From IMG/VR virus record IMGVR_UViG_3300021091_000071, positions 188 through 64,187 of that record: DNA of 64,000 bases. The stretch is one strand, 5' to 3'. The notes beneath the pieces were generated by a model. That model did no database searches, had not been told where the DNA came from, and worked only from the letters and a program-made list of their open reading frames with translations. Shown here piece by piece: positions 46,901 to 58,300 of this stretch (within the stretch, counting starts at the first letter, position 1; every line of letters starts with the position of its first letter). Made by a program: the position numbers and the translations under genes. Source of the DNA: a virus (lineage: Duplodnaviria > Caudoviricetes).

Positions 46901-47521
46901 ATTTCTGATGTAGATACGTGCAATGTTGATGCATTAAAAAATATTTTTTCCCAAACAGGTTTAGAGATAGCTGATTTTGTCTCTGAATATCCACCTGGTT
47001 TGAAGAGAGCTGTAGATCTTTTATCGATCAAACAAAGTAAGCTGTTTGGATCACCTAATATTAATACCTATAGTTTTGAGCCTAGCGGTAGTAAAGACAA
47101 TAATAATTTAGGAGATGAAATTCCGATTGATATTGGTAAATTTACAGTAGGTGAACCTATTGTTATCTATGAGCTTTTCAGTGAAAAATATGAAATTGTA
47201 TATAATACCGTAGTACCAGAAACAAACGGGGTACCTGTTATTGCGGGTCAACCTTACCCTTTGAGTGGCATTAATTATGACTGGGGATGGGGGTTAGTAA
47301 CCGGTACAAATAGTCAGACAGGTATGGACATAGCACCTTACTATAAGTTTTATAAATTTAAACAAGGACATTCAAAAAACATGGTCGGGGGCATAATAGA
47401 CTTTAAAAACCCGTTGACAACCATTACGCCAACGGAGAGCAGCTATAGTGACTGGATAGGTTTTGCAGGTGGTATGGAAACTGTTCTATCTCGCGCTATG
47501 TATAATGGGTTAAAATTATGA
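43973..47521 (+). CDS. Large virion/baseplate protein with PKD domain and beta-propeller (gp7 position)
   Basis: WDLGDG...YKYPGIYNVT is a PKD motif. Repeated DSKGNVWV, DRTNSVW, DLQQNLW and DTDGFVWV look like propeller blades. Confidence 0.7.
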   Translation: MLPLSAVLIRCTVIDDDASINVYSSYTLPGTPFYLKPVWFDTQQQINYSQFQIIWDLGDGTVMTGPSAQYYYKYPGIYNVTATLYDRNGIPHLVTSSLDSTTAYQVPVSLTAINVLPDLIVFEPFKPTKNSGVYLLPAGKKSEPLRIHRYNSWQNDRFLKENNYTINLYASGSSSDFLSVADYYKDKYAHLRKYFGFVDTVVNKDGIAESKLVDSTTTNAVSVYARPSKRDGRWDQELTFYSSPLPGTYFAGTTGTTLDNHFTSYIDQTPGRTQSTGLIFIFAHPDTSYFNDKETIFNDYYPSLQFPVYGYQNYPRWKVQYLRSIFNPATEIEITSNGITAEGTQQTLGSLSGQQLHSFNIYPIKWTDSEISFCCTFKDSDYFTTKCYPPISGFITDGTDPTQLNTISLGVYQLNDLDPFTPVSPVSSTLVSQAVFKRNPSVPVFNKHGSYFCGTVSVPVECKVAVLCASALIVDEPPISLGIPYGYAGQPGIGSVKRFTKRPIFSNCEGEEISFKYRGEYATYNTPANANLIITYAPLGTHGKGQDRVIIADADTDTIFFYSSSGNILNSISLDNVPVYRQFESPRVENFKGTLNSASPSNIATDSKGNVWVSLFDAVSCIKIDYSTLTVTACAVPTERNVEYINSPLYYSLKTFLSGYTGENSLLPTCVDTDLNDNIFVGYSHPVSGFIFKYSSTGRVLTAIPVNPLLSIQEILVDRTNSVWAVAKTLNSGHATNPFNVQDMVYKWDNNLTLQPGFPIIGLKNIGNITIDLQQNLWLNTGFSELTRITPAGATTTIELGSQYNSTEYYQPIGGIACDTDGFVWVIHNYNARMYFYPSTIDTTPATVSLSGLYYSDLPEIYLTTPDGSRAFYGVFGDWTGIRWFNKYVVKSDPLPRIVRGNSNLFQILQKSPVINKINEDFDQTSTLKSYILQEGLFDKKALLDDFVGQIVGNVDSSPETLGKTVYEKIANFVGNISDVDTCNVDALKNIFSQTGLEIADFVSEYPPGLKRAVDLLSIKQSKLFGSPNINTYSFEPSGSKDNNNLGDEIPIDIGKFTVGEPIVIYELFSEKYEIVYNTVVPETNGVPVIAGQPYPLSGINYDWGWGLVTGTNSQTGMDIAPYYKFYKFKQGHSKNMVGGIIDFKNPLTTITPTESSYSDWIGFAGGMETVLSRAMYNGLKL

Positions 47522-50500
47522 TGCTAGAATCCTATTCTTTTCAAAACAGCATCTTGGCCGATAAGCTTGATGCTCTAGATGTTTATTCACCAGTAACATT
47601 TTTGACTTGGCTTAGTCAAAAACAATTTTCCTCTGTTAATGTTGAAGAGCTATTTAAACAGTACAGAACATATATTATTGAGTGGGGTAGAAAAAAGAAA
47701 GTTTCTAAGCAGCAATCTGCAGCCACTGTAAGAGATGCATATGTTCAAGTCTTACGCGAACTAGTAATTAATTTTAGTACAGAAGAAGAAAAAAGATTTA
47801 TAAGCAACTGTAATTTAAGTGATCCATCAGATTTAGATATTGTGCTTCCATTTTTCTTAGAAAAATTAAAACAGGTATGTATTTTTTACAGTGTATCCAG
47901 AGAAGAGCCCAAAACCGCACACATACAACATTCACTAAGAGGCACCAACAAAGGGCTAGAAAAACTTATTAAAAAGTTAGTTTTTGATTCTGCGCAGATA
48001 GATCTTATAGTCCCTACTGCAATTCCCTGTGTATTTCCCCCACTCTCAGCACTAGCTCGTGATTTCAGCGTTTATGTAGAAGAGCTATATGATTTAGAGG
48101 ATGCATATTTTAATGTACCCAATAATACAGCGTTTGCCCCTACATCCTCTCTTAGAGCTACCTTAAGTTCTGCTAATATTAACATAGTTTCTTCCAATTT
48201 ATATTTGAACTTCAAACAAGCAGTTGTTGATGCTATTAACCAGTATCCGTTCTTTCTTCAGTCTTTGGGCACTAATAATTTTATTGTTAATCCTGTATTA
48301 TCTGGTACAGAATATCAATATTTAAAAAGTAGAGATTTTATTACATACTTAAGCGGTGGCACAGATGATTTAAAAATTAAACTTTCAAAATATCTTGCGC
48401 CGAAATATCTTGGAAATAATTTTTATTATCTAAGTACTGGTTCAACAATAACTAATTTTGTTTCTGGTCTTTTGTTTTCAGTTAAGCCACTCTCTGGCGC
48501 AGCAACATTAAACTTACTCAATAGACACTACCCATCAACCGCTACTGTGCCTAGTTTAGACACACTGTATACACAGTATCAATTAGGCGGGTTTTTTCTG
48601 CCTCAACATCAAGGTCTTCTAATACACAATACACCTTCAAAATATTTTCAAGTTGATAGAGCTGCACTTACCCCTAATACTGTGTATGCGTTTGCCGATC
48701 CCTATGTTGCTGGTGGAAGCCCTGATGCTCCAATAACATACATTGTTGATGTTTCTTGGAATAAAAGACCCCGTAGCGATCAATTTGCTTTTGGTGATGT
48801 GTTGTCCAACAGTTACAACTCACTATATTACGGGTATGAGAGCCGTGAGCAAGATTTGCAAGTAGATGTTACTGGGCTTTGCAAAACATATGATAATATT
48901 CAGTTCTGGGAAGGTCTAAAACAGGAAATATGGTCTGATAGTAAGGTGTGGCCAGGCATTGATCAGGTTGATTTTTACCCATTAGACAGTAGACAATCCT
49001 CTTTGCTAGTGAATGATATGACGCCCACTTATTGGGGAAGCGATGTGTATGGTAATGAATATGGCCTTTTAAAGAAAACCAACGCATTTAAGTCTATGTC
49101 ATCAGTAGCTTACGATGGTAGTATGCTAGACAATAGTGAATCCCTCTTAGCAGCAACACCTAATGTTGTACAAAAGAGCATTTTTGATAAAAAGTACACT
49201 ACACCTGGCATACTTTATTTTAGAAATAATGTAACTGGTTTAGTGTCTCCGGCCAGTGCAGCCCTTAGTGCAGTATTTTTTAAATACCCTTCATATGTAA
49301 AACAGGAACTAAATAGCTCTTTATATTATTTTGGCGTATATTTCGATACATTTATAGCAGAAACAGATAATTATGTAGTAATTGATACTGTAACTTTTGA
49401 CTTTAAAACTGATGCTGTTGTTATTAATAGCAACCCTGGCACCTTTATAAAGAGATGGACGTTTGATAAAAAATTAGAAAAATTTGCCGGTGAATGGTAT
49501 TCTGAATCAGAACAAGCTTTGTATTTGTGCTTCCTAACGCTAGATTCAGTTTTATCTGGTTCTAACTATCGACGTCTTTATCCTAAAATATTTAAAACAA
49601 AGCTTGCAGATATTAAGCTAACCCAGGTATATCCAAACCCGTCTTCAGATTTAGGTAAAACGTATTCACTAAGCGCTAATTTTAATGACCCGCCTCAAAT
49701 TGACATGTTTAAAATTGAAGGTGTTAGTTTTAGTAGACTAGAAAAAACTAATTTATTCAATTTGACATATCTTGGGAAAAATCTTAATAGTATTCCCCTG
49801 TTCGTCAACGAACAAATACAAAAAAATGACCCGTATTATGATTCTTATGAGCCTGAGTTATTTAAGCCTTACTATTTCAGTTATGATAATAACTATGGTA
49901 ACCCTTACCTGCCATTTTTCGTAAAGTATGCAGCATCATCCTCTGGTGTCGCAGGGGTTCATTTACCTCAAAGTTTAACTTTTGAAGTAGGTCAACAAAA
50001 CAAAACTGGTACAACTTATCTTTACTGTGATGGTGTAAAACCTATTCAAATAAATGACATTGGCAAATATATTATACAATTTGATTGGGAATCTTATAAC
50101 GAGGTAGGGATATTCATAGGGTGTAACTATTACAAAATAAGAAACATTGGTAATGACTTAGTATGGAACGCAGCTTCTCCAAATGCCATAATTCTAGATC
50201 AATACGATGAAAAACTACTGGCTACAACATTTGAATTGTTTAGTAGTTTTAGCTTTGAGACATCTGGTGTAGATATATCATACACGGTTAACGCTGGTCA
50301 CCTTACTCAACCTGTTTCCATAGGCGACACCTCAATTTATGTTGCTTTAGACCTGACCCCTAGCTTGACTGCAGGTAGGCTTAGCGAAAGCGATATTGCC
50401 CGGGGTGTACCATATCCGCAAAGATTTGTACCTCCTTCTTCTAACTTTGTCTTAAAAATAGGTAATGTGCTCAACAGTCAAACTCTTTTAATAGAAAGCT

Positions 50501-52344
50501 TTACCAACAGTACAACGGCCATTGTTACCTTAAGTGCAACATCAGCTTCATTATCTTCGTATGATGTAAATAGTCCTGTTTATTTCTTTAATAATTTTGA
50601 TACGTTAGTAGATATTGAGTTTCAAAATTTTAGAGGTACAGTTAGTGCCGTGGTAAGCAGACCGGTATACCCCGATCCAAGCATTCTAGCGTTTAACATT
50701 ACAACAGATATTCCAACGTTTACTGGCATAATTTGCGAGACCGAAGACGCTCTTTACAGAACAATACAAATTATAAAAACAGGACCAGGCAATGGTGTTG
50801 TTTTTTCTGACCCGTATTGCATCGATTGTGGAGAAATTTGCGAGGTACCCATTGGTTTTGGCACTGAACTTGCTTTAATAGCCAGTGCCTCTTATTTTAG
50901 CGTGTTTGACAGATGGGAAGGGACAATTTGTGGTGATTTTGGTGCAAGTGATTGTATTTTTACAGTCACATCTAGCGCAAGTATAACCGCAGTATTTAAC
51001 AGAGCAGAAATTGGAACTGTATTAATTACAACACCCGCTAGCAGAGTAGTTGCCACTGATTACAGTCTAGATGTGGTGGGACCTGCTGTAGAAATAGGTG
51101 GAAACTACCGTGCCAGTACTATATTAACCTTGTCAGTTCAGGTACCAGTCTCAGGGTGGGAGTGGAGAAAGTGGAGACGTGGCCCTTGTGCAGGGTTTGA
51201 ACCACCTTGGTGGCAGCCAGATTATCTCTGTACATTTAGAGTGGGCGGCGGGACTCAGTTAATTGAACCTGGTTTTGAGAGATACTTTGATTATCAAGTT
51301 TATACTGCAGCTATTCCCGTTTCATCTTCCATTTGGTCTGTGGGAGAAATAGGCTACATTATATCTAATGGTAGCGGTGGAATTGGAAATAAAACAGGGC
51401 CTATTAACTGCCCATCCACATGTTATGCAACGTTCACAGGCACACGCGTATTGTCTGCAGGTGGTTCATTTGTATCGCTAACTGCAGTGCCAGATAGGGG
51501 ATACAGGCTAGTAAAATGGATCGGATCACCCTGTGAAGATAGCGCCGAAAATACTGCCATAGTTGTACCTCAAGGCGGGAAAACAGCCGCCACAAATCCT
51601 TGCTCGTTTATTATAACAAACGATGTGAGCGTGTCTGGTTATTTTGATATAGGATACTATACACTAACATTACTTGTGTCAGGCAATGGTGCTGGCAGAA
51701 TCTATTCAGATCAAAACAGTTTAATTAATTATGAAAATGGTTCTCCGGGCAGTATTTCTGTGTATAACATTCTTAGCGGTACATCCCTAACTATTAGGGC
51801 ATCTGGCTATTATGGTAATGAAGTGCTTGGAGTTTCCAGCCAATTCTGTGAGCCTAATTTTGCTATAGATTATTGTGATATTACAATAAATGAAGATGTT
51901 ACTGTAATTGTTGAGCTATCTGTGGCAAGATATTACGATTTATTTGTTAATTTTGATGCTACATGTAACCTTGGTGTATATAGCTCGCCTCAAGGCGTAC
52001 TCGGAGGTATTAATTGCAGCAATACGTCTTATGCGTGTTCAGCAACATTTGGTGGCGGATCACTGGTTAGATTGTCCGAGTTTAACAACACTGATACTTG
52101 CAAAGTTATAGCGTTTGTGGGTGATGGTGTGATATACAGATACACTCAAGGACCTGGCATATTAATTAATACAACCACAGTTCAAATGATAACTGGTGAT
52201 CAATTGGCCATAATAGATGGTAGTTTAATTCTTACGCCCGAAGGTGCACCGTACTACGGAGGCACAGGGATAACAGTATCACCGTCAGATGCTTTGGTAT
52301 CAATGACGGACAACCGGTCGGTTTCGGCCATAACTATAGGATAA
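47518..52344 (+). CDS. Large virion protein with Cys-containing InlB B-repeat-like domains
   Basis: C-terminal repeats such as GPGNGVVFSDP...FDRWEGTIC...SITAVF and LTAVPDRGYRLVKWIGSPC...VSGYF. Confidence 0.7.
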   Translation: MMLESYSFQNSILADKLDALDVYSPVTFLTWLSQKQFSSVNVEELFKQYRTYIIEWGRKKKVSKQQSAATVRDAYVQVLRELVINFSTEEEKRFISNCNLSDPSDLDIVLPFFLEKLKQVCIFYSVSREEPKTAHIQHSLRGTNKGLEKLIKKLVFDSAQIDLIVPTAIPCVFPPLSALARDFSVYVEELYDLEDAYFNVPNNTAFAPTSSLRATLSSANINIVSSNLYLNFKQAVVDAINQYPFFLQSLGTNNFIVNPVLSGTEYQYLKSRDFITYLSGGTDDLKIKLSKYLAPKYLGNNFYYLSTGSTITNFVSGLLFSVKPLSGAATLNLLNRHYPSTATVPSLDTLYTQYQLGGFFLPQHQGLLIHNTPSKYFQVDRAALTPNTVYAFADPYVAGGSPDAPITYIVDVSWNKRPRSDQFAFGDVLSNSYNSLYYGYESREQDLQVDVTGLCKTYDNIQFWEGLKQEIWSDSKVWPGIDQVDFYPLDSRQSSLLVNDMTPTYWGSDVYGNEYGLLKKTNAFKSMSSVAYDGSMLDNSESLLAATPNVVQKSIFDKKYTTPGILYFRNNVTGLVSPASAALSAVFFKYPSYVKQELNSSLYYFGVYFDTFIAETDNYVVIDTVTFDFKTDAVVINSNPGTFIKRWTFDKKLEKFAGEWYSESEQALYLCFLTLDSVLSGSNYRRLYPKIFKTKLADIKLTQVYPNPSSDLGKTYSLSANFNDPPQIDMFKIEGVSFSRLEKTNLFNLTYLGKNLNSIPLFVNEQIQKNDPYYDSYEPELFKPYYFSYDNNYGNPYLPFFVKYAASSSGVAGVHLPQSLTFEVGQQNKTGTTYLYCDGVKPIQINDIGKYIIQFDWESYNEVGIFIGCNYYKIRNIGNDLVWNAASPNAIILDQYDEKLLATTFELFSSFSFETSGVDISYTVNAGHLTQPVSIGDTSIYVALDLTPSLTAGRLSESDIARGVPYPQRFVPPSSNFVLKIGNVLNSQTLLIESFTNSTTAIVTLSATSASLSSYDVNSPVYFFNNFDTLVDIEFQNFRGTVSAVVSRPVYPDPSILAFNITTDIPTFTGIICETEDALYRTIQIIKTGPGNGVVFSDPYCIDCGEICEVPIGFGTELALIASASYFSVFDRWEGTICGDFGASDCIFTVTSSASITAVFNRAEIGTVLITTPASRVVATDYSLDVVGPAVEIGGNYRASTILTLSVQVPVSGWEWRKWRRGPCAGFEPPWWQPDYLCTFRVGGGTQLIEPGFERYFDYQVYTAAIPVSSSIWSVGEIGYIISNGSGGIGNKTGPINCPSTCYATFTGTRVLSAGGSFVSLTAVPDRGYRLVKWIGSPCEDSAENTAIVVPQGGKTAATNPCSFIITNDVSVSGYFDIGYYTLTLLVSGNGAGRIYSDQNSLINYENGSPGSISVYNILSGTSLTIRASGYYGNEVLGVSSQFCEPNFAIDYCDITINEDVTVIVELSVARYYDLFVNFDATCNLGVYSSPQGVLGGINCSNTSYACSATFGGGSLVRLSEFNNTDTCKVIAFVGDGVIYRYTQGPGILINTTTVQMITGDQLAIIDGSLILTPEGAPYYGGTGITVSPSDALVSMTDNRSVSAITIG

Positions 52345-52345
52345 T

Positions 52346-54337
52346 ATGAACACTCCTTTTGATGATAAAAATATTGTAATATGGAATGACCAGCCTTTGG
52401 ACACATGGAGGGATATTATTGTTAGTTTTGAATATTCAAGATATAATGTAGGTAATTTACCTACTGGCGGATTTGCTGTGGTGTTTTTTGATAGTATAGT
52501 AAATCAACCTAGATACGGCGGTCGGGATTACAGTTTAGGGTATGCGCCTAATAGCATTACTGATTATTGCATAAGAGGTGGTTATTTTGGACTAGAAGCC
52601 GCGTTCTTGGCTGTTGGATTTGATAATTATGGATATTTTAATCTTAAGCAAACGTACATGGCCGGTATACCTGCATCTGCACACAATATTGAGCCAGCAA
52701 TAGGCATTCGAGGCGGTGTGATAGAAAGTTACAATTTGCTGCATTCCCAATCACTTACAAAAACAACATCTGCAATAGAAGGAGCAAAAGAATTTACTAT
52801 TGCGCAAAATGTATCTAACCCGAATCAGATACAAGAAAGAGCTGTTAGAATAATTTTAAGTAAACATGCAACGGAAATAAAGGTACAGGTAAAGGATAAG
52901 CTTTCCAATGATGACTTTGTTACTATACTTACATACACCCTACCAGAAAAAGAAAGAACTGCACTGAAAATAGGTCTAACACACACTACAGCTGAAGGCG
53001 GAACTATGTTCAATGTAAAGAATATAAATGTTGCTGGATACCCAGGGGAACCTACTCAAAGAAGATTGGCAGCATGTACTCAAACAATTACTAAACCTAC
53101 CTTGGCCGCACCCAGCATTTTGTCCATGGGTGACGAATATATTACCACGGTAGAACCAGGTAGAATTTTAACTTATACTTCAAATACATATGAGTACTCA
53201 CTAAAAAATACTTTGTTCAGCGGTGGTGGTATCACTCTTCTTGGTGATGACGGTAAAAATATAATTGCCAAGTATGATGGTAGCTCTACCGTGGCAGTGT
53301 TTACCTATCTGGGAGAAAAATTGTACAGAACAGCAAAATTTGTTACTGAGGATAATTCAGAAGCTATTAGCGGGGATATTAAAGATGATACCCTTGTTGT
53401 ATGTACTGCAGCTTTATCAGGTCGTTCATACATTTACAACTACAGTTTAGATGTAGACAATGTGCCTAGATATGGTACTTGGAGCCTTTATCAAACTATT
53501 AACCGTGAAGATATATCACCTATTACGCGTATTAACAGAGGCTACTTAGGTAACAGTGTTCAAATTTCAGATAAACATTTGCTTATAGGTGACAACAACA
53601 ACAGAGTACATGCATTCTTAAAAAATGAGTTCACTGGCAATTGGACTTACATACAGACACTAACATCGTCACTCTCTGCAGCAACTGCGCCTACAACAGA
53701 CTTTGGAGCTGCCCTAGCAATAGATGGCAATGATCTGATAATTGGTGCTCCTAATTCAATTAAAGCACAATACATCCAGCCAGGTCAAGGCGAGTGCTAC
53801 CACTACATCTACGAAGATTCCGCAAAGCAATGGAGATTAATAATGGCACTAGGTAGTTTTTATAACTTGGATACCCCGGGTGGTAATTTTGGTACGTCTG
53901 TAAAATTATCCAACAATACATGCGTAATAGGTTCTCCTGGAGAAATATATGTAGTAAATCCTACTATACCTCAGCAATTAATGAATGTAGGAAAAGTTTA
54001 TGTCTTTCGTAAGACACCCAAGGGGTTGTTTTCACAGGCTGCAGCTATTGTACCTTCAGACAATATAAGAGAAGCAAATATGTATTTTGGGACTGAAGTG
54101 AATTTTAAAAATAATGTTATAGCGGTTCTATCGCCCTACGGGTATCCTAATGAAAAATCACGATTACATTTGTTTAGGGCAGATTGCGAATTTGTAGTAC
54201 CGCCGGTGCAATTGCCAGTACCACCTTGCGCGTTGGTGCTTATCGATGGTACTGGATTTGTTATAGACCTTGTAAACAATAATTATATGGTATCTTATAG
54301 TTGTATTTTAGGGTATCCTTTAGGAGATGGCCCATGA
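52346..54337 (+). CDS. Virion protein with L-type lectin-like domain and FG-GAP repeats
   Basis: GGFAVVF...LGY...LAVGFD is a lectin pattern. FGAALAIDGNDLIIGAP and FGTSVKLSNNTCVIGSPG are FG-GAP repeats. Confidence 0.7.
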   Translation: MNTPFDDKNIVIWNDQPLDTWRDIIVSFEYSRYNVGNLPTGGFAVVFFDSIVNQPRYGGRDYSLGYAPNSITDYCIRGGYFGLEAAFLAVGFDNYGYFNLKQTYMAGIPASAHNIEPAIGIRGGVIESYNLLHSQSLTKTTSAIEGAKEFTIAQNVSNPNQIQERAVRIILSKHATEIKVQVKDKLSNDDFVTILTYTLPEKERTALKIGLTHTTAEGGTMFNVKNINVAGYPGEPTQRRLAACTQTITKPTLAAPSILSMGDEYITTVEPGRILTYTSNTYEYSLKNTLFSGGGITLLGDDGKNIIAKYDGSSTVAVFTYLGEKLYRTAKFVTEDNSEAISGDIKDDTLVVCTAALSGRSYIYNYSLDVDNVPRYGTWSLYQTINREDISPITRINRGYLGNSVQISDKHLLIGDNNNRVHAFLKNEFTGNWTYIQTLTSSLSAATAPTTDFGAALAIDGNDLIIGAPNSIKAQYIQPGQGECYHYIYEDSAKQWRLIMALGSFYNLDTPGGNFGTSVKLSNNTCVIGSPGEIYVVNPTIPQQLMNVGKVYVFRKTPKGLFSQAAAIVPSDNIREANMYFGTEVNFKNNVIAVLSPYGYPNEKSRLHLFRADCEFVVPPVQLPVPPCALVLIDGTGFVIDLVNNNYMVSYSCILGYPLGDGP

Positions 54338-55311
54338 GTACCTATTTAAGTGAATTTTTAGTACCTTCAAACGTACAGGAGCTATCAACATATGGTTTTT
54401 GCACCTGGTTAGACCATCATATTTTTAAAGATACAAGTCTAAGTCCTACTGGTTACGATTTTACATATCCTCTTACAGCTTATGGTGGCCCTCTTTCCGC
54501 CGCATTCATGGAGTATGGTACAGTATCAGGCATACCAAACGTATTTGTTTCAGGCGGTCCGTTGTACGAGATATGTTATCAAGATTTTTGCTACAGAAGC
54601 ACAGAGGTGCAAGGGCAGTCATTGTTTTGTGTAAGTACAGTTACATTTATATTGACTGCTCTTGACGAAACTGTATCTGAGATTATAAAAATTATGTATG
54701 ATTTTGGTGATGGCAGCCAAACAGTTATCAACAGCTACGAATTTACAAATCCAACTGCTCCATCGCCTAAAGACTTAATCGTATCACATGAATATTATCC
54801 AACAGAAAAAACAATAACTACATATATTGCTTCAGTGAGCGTTTTGTATAACAATTGCTGCATCAATACATACAATTCTAGAATTTCATCTTACAGATGT
54901 GGTATATTGGAAATGTACGAGAATGTGAAATTGCTTGATGCAACACAAACAAAAGACTCTTTTAACATCTTAATGGTAATGGAAGATGCAGGTCGAAAAC
55001 AAATATTTGACACACTACTAGATCTTGACGAACCGATGCCTTACTTATCGGCAATACCAGGAATTATTGAACCTGTGCCAGTTGCGGAACGCGCGGTAGC
55101 TAAGAGAACGATTGCACCAAGGTTAAGAAAGAGCCCGGTACGTCCACCTAAACCTTTCTTCTTTTATAGAGCTGGGCCAGGTGTTACCCTTGGCGTAGAG
55201 ATAGCACAATTAGATTTAGATGAAGCTTTCATACCATTACCTGGTATAAGTCTAGAAGGTGGCTTAGGTGCCCCGTATCTTGGAGGAGACGGAATTACAA
55301 TCCGAGCTTAA
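54334..55311 (+). CDS. Virion protein with PKD-like motif
   Basis: YDFGDGS...SHEY. The start at ATG 54334 overlaps the previous stop (ATGA). Confidence 0.6.
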   Translation: MSTYLSEFLVPSNVQELSTYGFCTWLDHHIFKDTSLSPTGYDFTYPLTAYGGPLSAAFMEYGTVSGIPNVFVSGGPLYEICYQDFCYRSTEVQGQSLFCVSTVTFILTALDETVSEIIKIMYDFGDGSQTVINSYEFTNPTAPSPKDLIVSHEYYPTEKTITTYIASVSVLYNNCCINTYNSRISSYRCGILEMYENVKLLDATQTKDSFNILMVMEDAGRKQIFDTLLDLDEPMPYLSAIPGIIEPVPVAERAVAKRTIAPRLRKSPVRPPKPFFFYRAGPGVTLGVEIAQLDLDEAFIPLPGISLEGGLGAPYLGGDGITIRA

Positions 55312-55318
55312 ATATTTT

Positions 55319-58300
55319 ATGTTTACTAGCTATTTGACACCCAAGAATTACATTAGCTTGAGTGCGTCATATGTCTATGACAATCAAATAGATTTTCTCA
55401 CTAAGAGAATATCCGTAGATGGTTATCTAACTACAAGTCACTCACCTGCTTTATCCGGTATTAATGATTTTACTAAAAACAATTATAGCTTGTTGTACGT
55501 TACACCGCAAATAAACTTTGACGCTGTAACAAACTTTAGTAGACCCCAGCAAAATAGTAAGAATTATTTCTGCAATTTATATAACAAAGTTAGCGGGGGA
55601 GACACAGTTTACTTTACATTTAGTGAAGATGTTGATGACAGTTTACTAAACACCGTAATATTCGATCAATTATTCAATACAACACTTTCTGCTTTGAATG
55701 ATTTAAATTATTTTAATTTTGATATTACAGATCCGTTTGTTTGTACTGTTTCACACACCCTAGGCAATGATGAGTTTTACTTAGCATTCAATCCTGCTAG
55801 TCTGAATATAAATTTTGCTATATTGTCTAGTTTTACAGGCACAACAGATTACAATAGAAAATTCTATTACACATACAATCCTAAAGACCAGTCTATATCT
55901 CTACAAGTAAGGATCGCCGGTCAAGCCTACCAGGTAATAAGGGACACAAACACAACAAGATTGACACTATGTACTGTCGATTCAATAGCCTACACTGATA
56001 CAAGAGGAATTTTCTACCTTACCGCTTTCTATGATCCATCTTTACCAGAAGTAACTATTGACTGGGGTAGTTATGTAAAAACTTTCAACCAAAATAATAT
56101 TGATATTGATACTAGTAAGAGCTTTTTTAATGTAAAGAATAATTTTCTTTTGCATGCAGAATATTTCAATGTTGCAAAAGAACAAGCAGGCATTACAACA
56201 AATATATTACCTTTAAAAACTCAATTGAACATTAGCAATCAACAGGGACGACAGAATGTATTTTTAAATGAAACACCAGTAAACTATAGAAATTATGTGT
56301 CTATTTTTAGCGGCAATCGTCAAGAAAAAGGATATGAAAAATTACACTTACAGTACGAATCGTATTCTTATCCATATACATTCATGTCAGGAAAAACTAC
56401 TTGGTTTCATATGCCTCAAAACATGTACCCATACACAAGGCTTAACATTTCAACGTCTAAATTGGTCGAAGCGGGGGCCGTGGGGGGTGATCACCCTTTA
56501 AGAAGTGAAAGGTTATTTAAAAAACTTGGTGAATACCGCTATACTAGCAATCAAGGCGATACAACAGGCGAGACTACCGGACAATGGCTTTGTGCGTGGC
56601 TATCAGCTGGTCCAGATATAACCAAAAGACCTGTTTGGATAGATAGGTACTATAATCCTATAGTGTCAACCCCATTTCAAGCTATGGAGGCTGCAGAAGG
56701 CAACGTCACATACATACCTTCATATACCTGCTACAATTTGGAATTAGGGGTAGTAGATATACCATCTAGTCTTACATTTGAGCCTGGTGGGTTGTATGCA
56801 TATTCCCACATTGGAAAGACTGATGCAAATCAAAATATAAAACTTTTGGAGCGATACCAACAGCAAAAAGATTTTGATAGTTATCAGCGGTATGACGGCT
56901 TAAAGCTTGATCCACAGAAAGATAGAGATATGTTTAATACATATGAATATGATGGTAGTAGGTTTAGCACCATCGATGTTAGTAATTTCAAATTGGATTT
57001 AAACAATTTTACTATAAGCTTCTGGGCCAGTCGAACAGACTGGACCAAGCCTGCTGGGTATCAGTTAGGCGGCAATTATAACGAATATGGCTTAGGAATT
57101 TTTAACTACAAGCTTGTAACTCCATTTTTATTCTACTTAAATGGTAGCATAGTAACAGCATTAAACCGAGAATTAGAAATTATTAATAAATTTGATAATT
57201 TAAAACCTTTTAATCAAAAACCGCAATTTTTGCTTGTAAGAGATCCATTGAATGCATTTCATGCAATAACTGACTCTTTAACGTTGGGTGAAATTAATTT
57301 GCAAGAAACACTTGTAGATGCAGTTACGTCAATGTTTACGGTACCAGTAAAAGATGCTTCCAACGATCAAGAAAATGCGTATGTTTTATTTACCGACAAC
57401 AGTTTGTCTGGTGTAAATTTGGCATCTAATTTGCCTTTTAACATAGCAATAGATAATATAATTTCTGAAACAGGTGCTTACAGTCAGATTAAAAAAATAG
57501 CCAATAAACTGGTCTTAATTGACGGTTCTCAATCGACAGTAAGAAATACAGGTGTGTTTTTCTTGAGCTCAGGCGTCGTGCGTAGGTGGGATACCATCAC
57601 ACAAACTATTACATCCATAGTTGGTTCAAAAACCAATCAAATTGAAGCGTTTAATATAGACAAATTTAATAACACATGGACATCGAGCGGAAATAAGATT
57701 ACTGTGTATGGGGAATTTCAAAAACAATTACTTACCACAACCCTTACAGCGGGTAATAATTTTACATCTACACCACTAAAAATTCTGGGCATTACATTTA
57801 TGGAAAATTTTATAAATGGTGATTTGTATACTGATGTTATTGTATCAGCGAGCGGCTCTCAATTCAATAAATTGATTGTTAGTAGATTAAACTACAGTGG
57901 CATACAGAACAAAACTGTGATGATTGATACCAACATTAATTTTAATCAAAATCTAGATCCATCTAATCATAGCTTTAATTATGGATACGTGTATGACAAG
58001 ATTAACGGCAATAATAACTATTCATTTAAAATAAGATTGTATAATCAGTTTGATACCGAAGACATAGAAATTCCCGAGCCCACTGTTAAAGTGCAGGATT
58101 TAAATCCTGGGTACCATCATTTTTCTATTGCTGTAAATACCGTCAACGGTTGTGTAAAGTTGTATCTAGATGGTGAATTATACCAAACCGTACAATTTAC
58201 TCCTAAAAAATATAGCTTCATACCTCTTGTGATAGACACCGTGGTGGTGGGTGCATGCCCATTTTATAGTGGTTTGACCTTATCTAACTTTGTTAAGAAG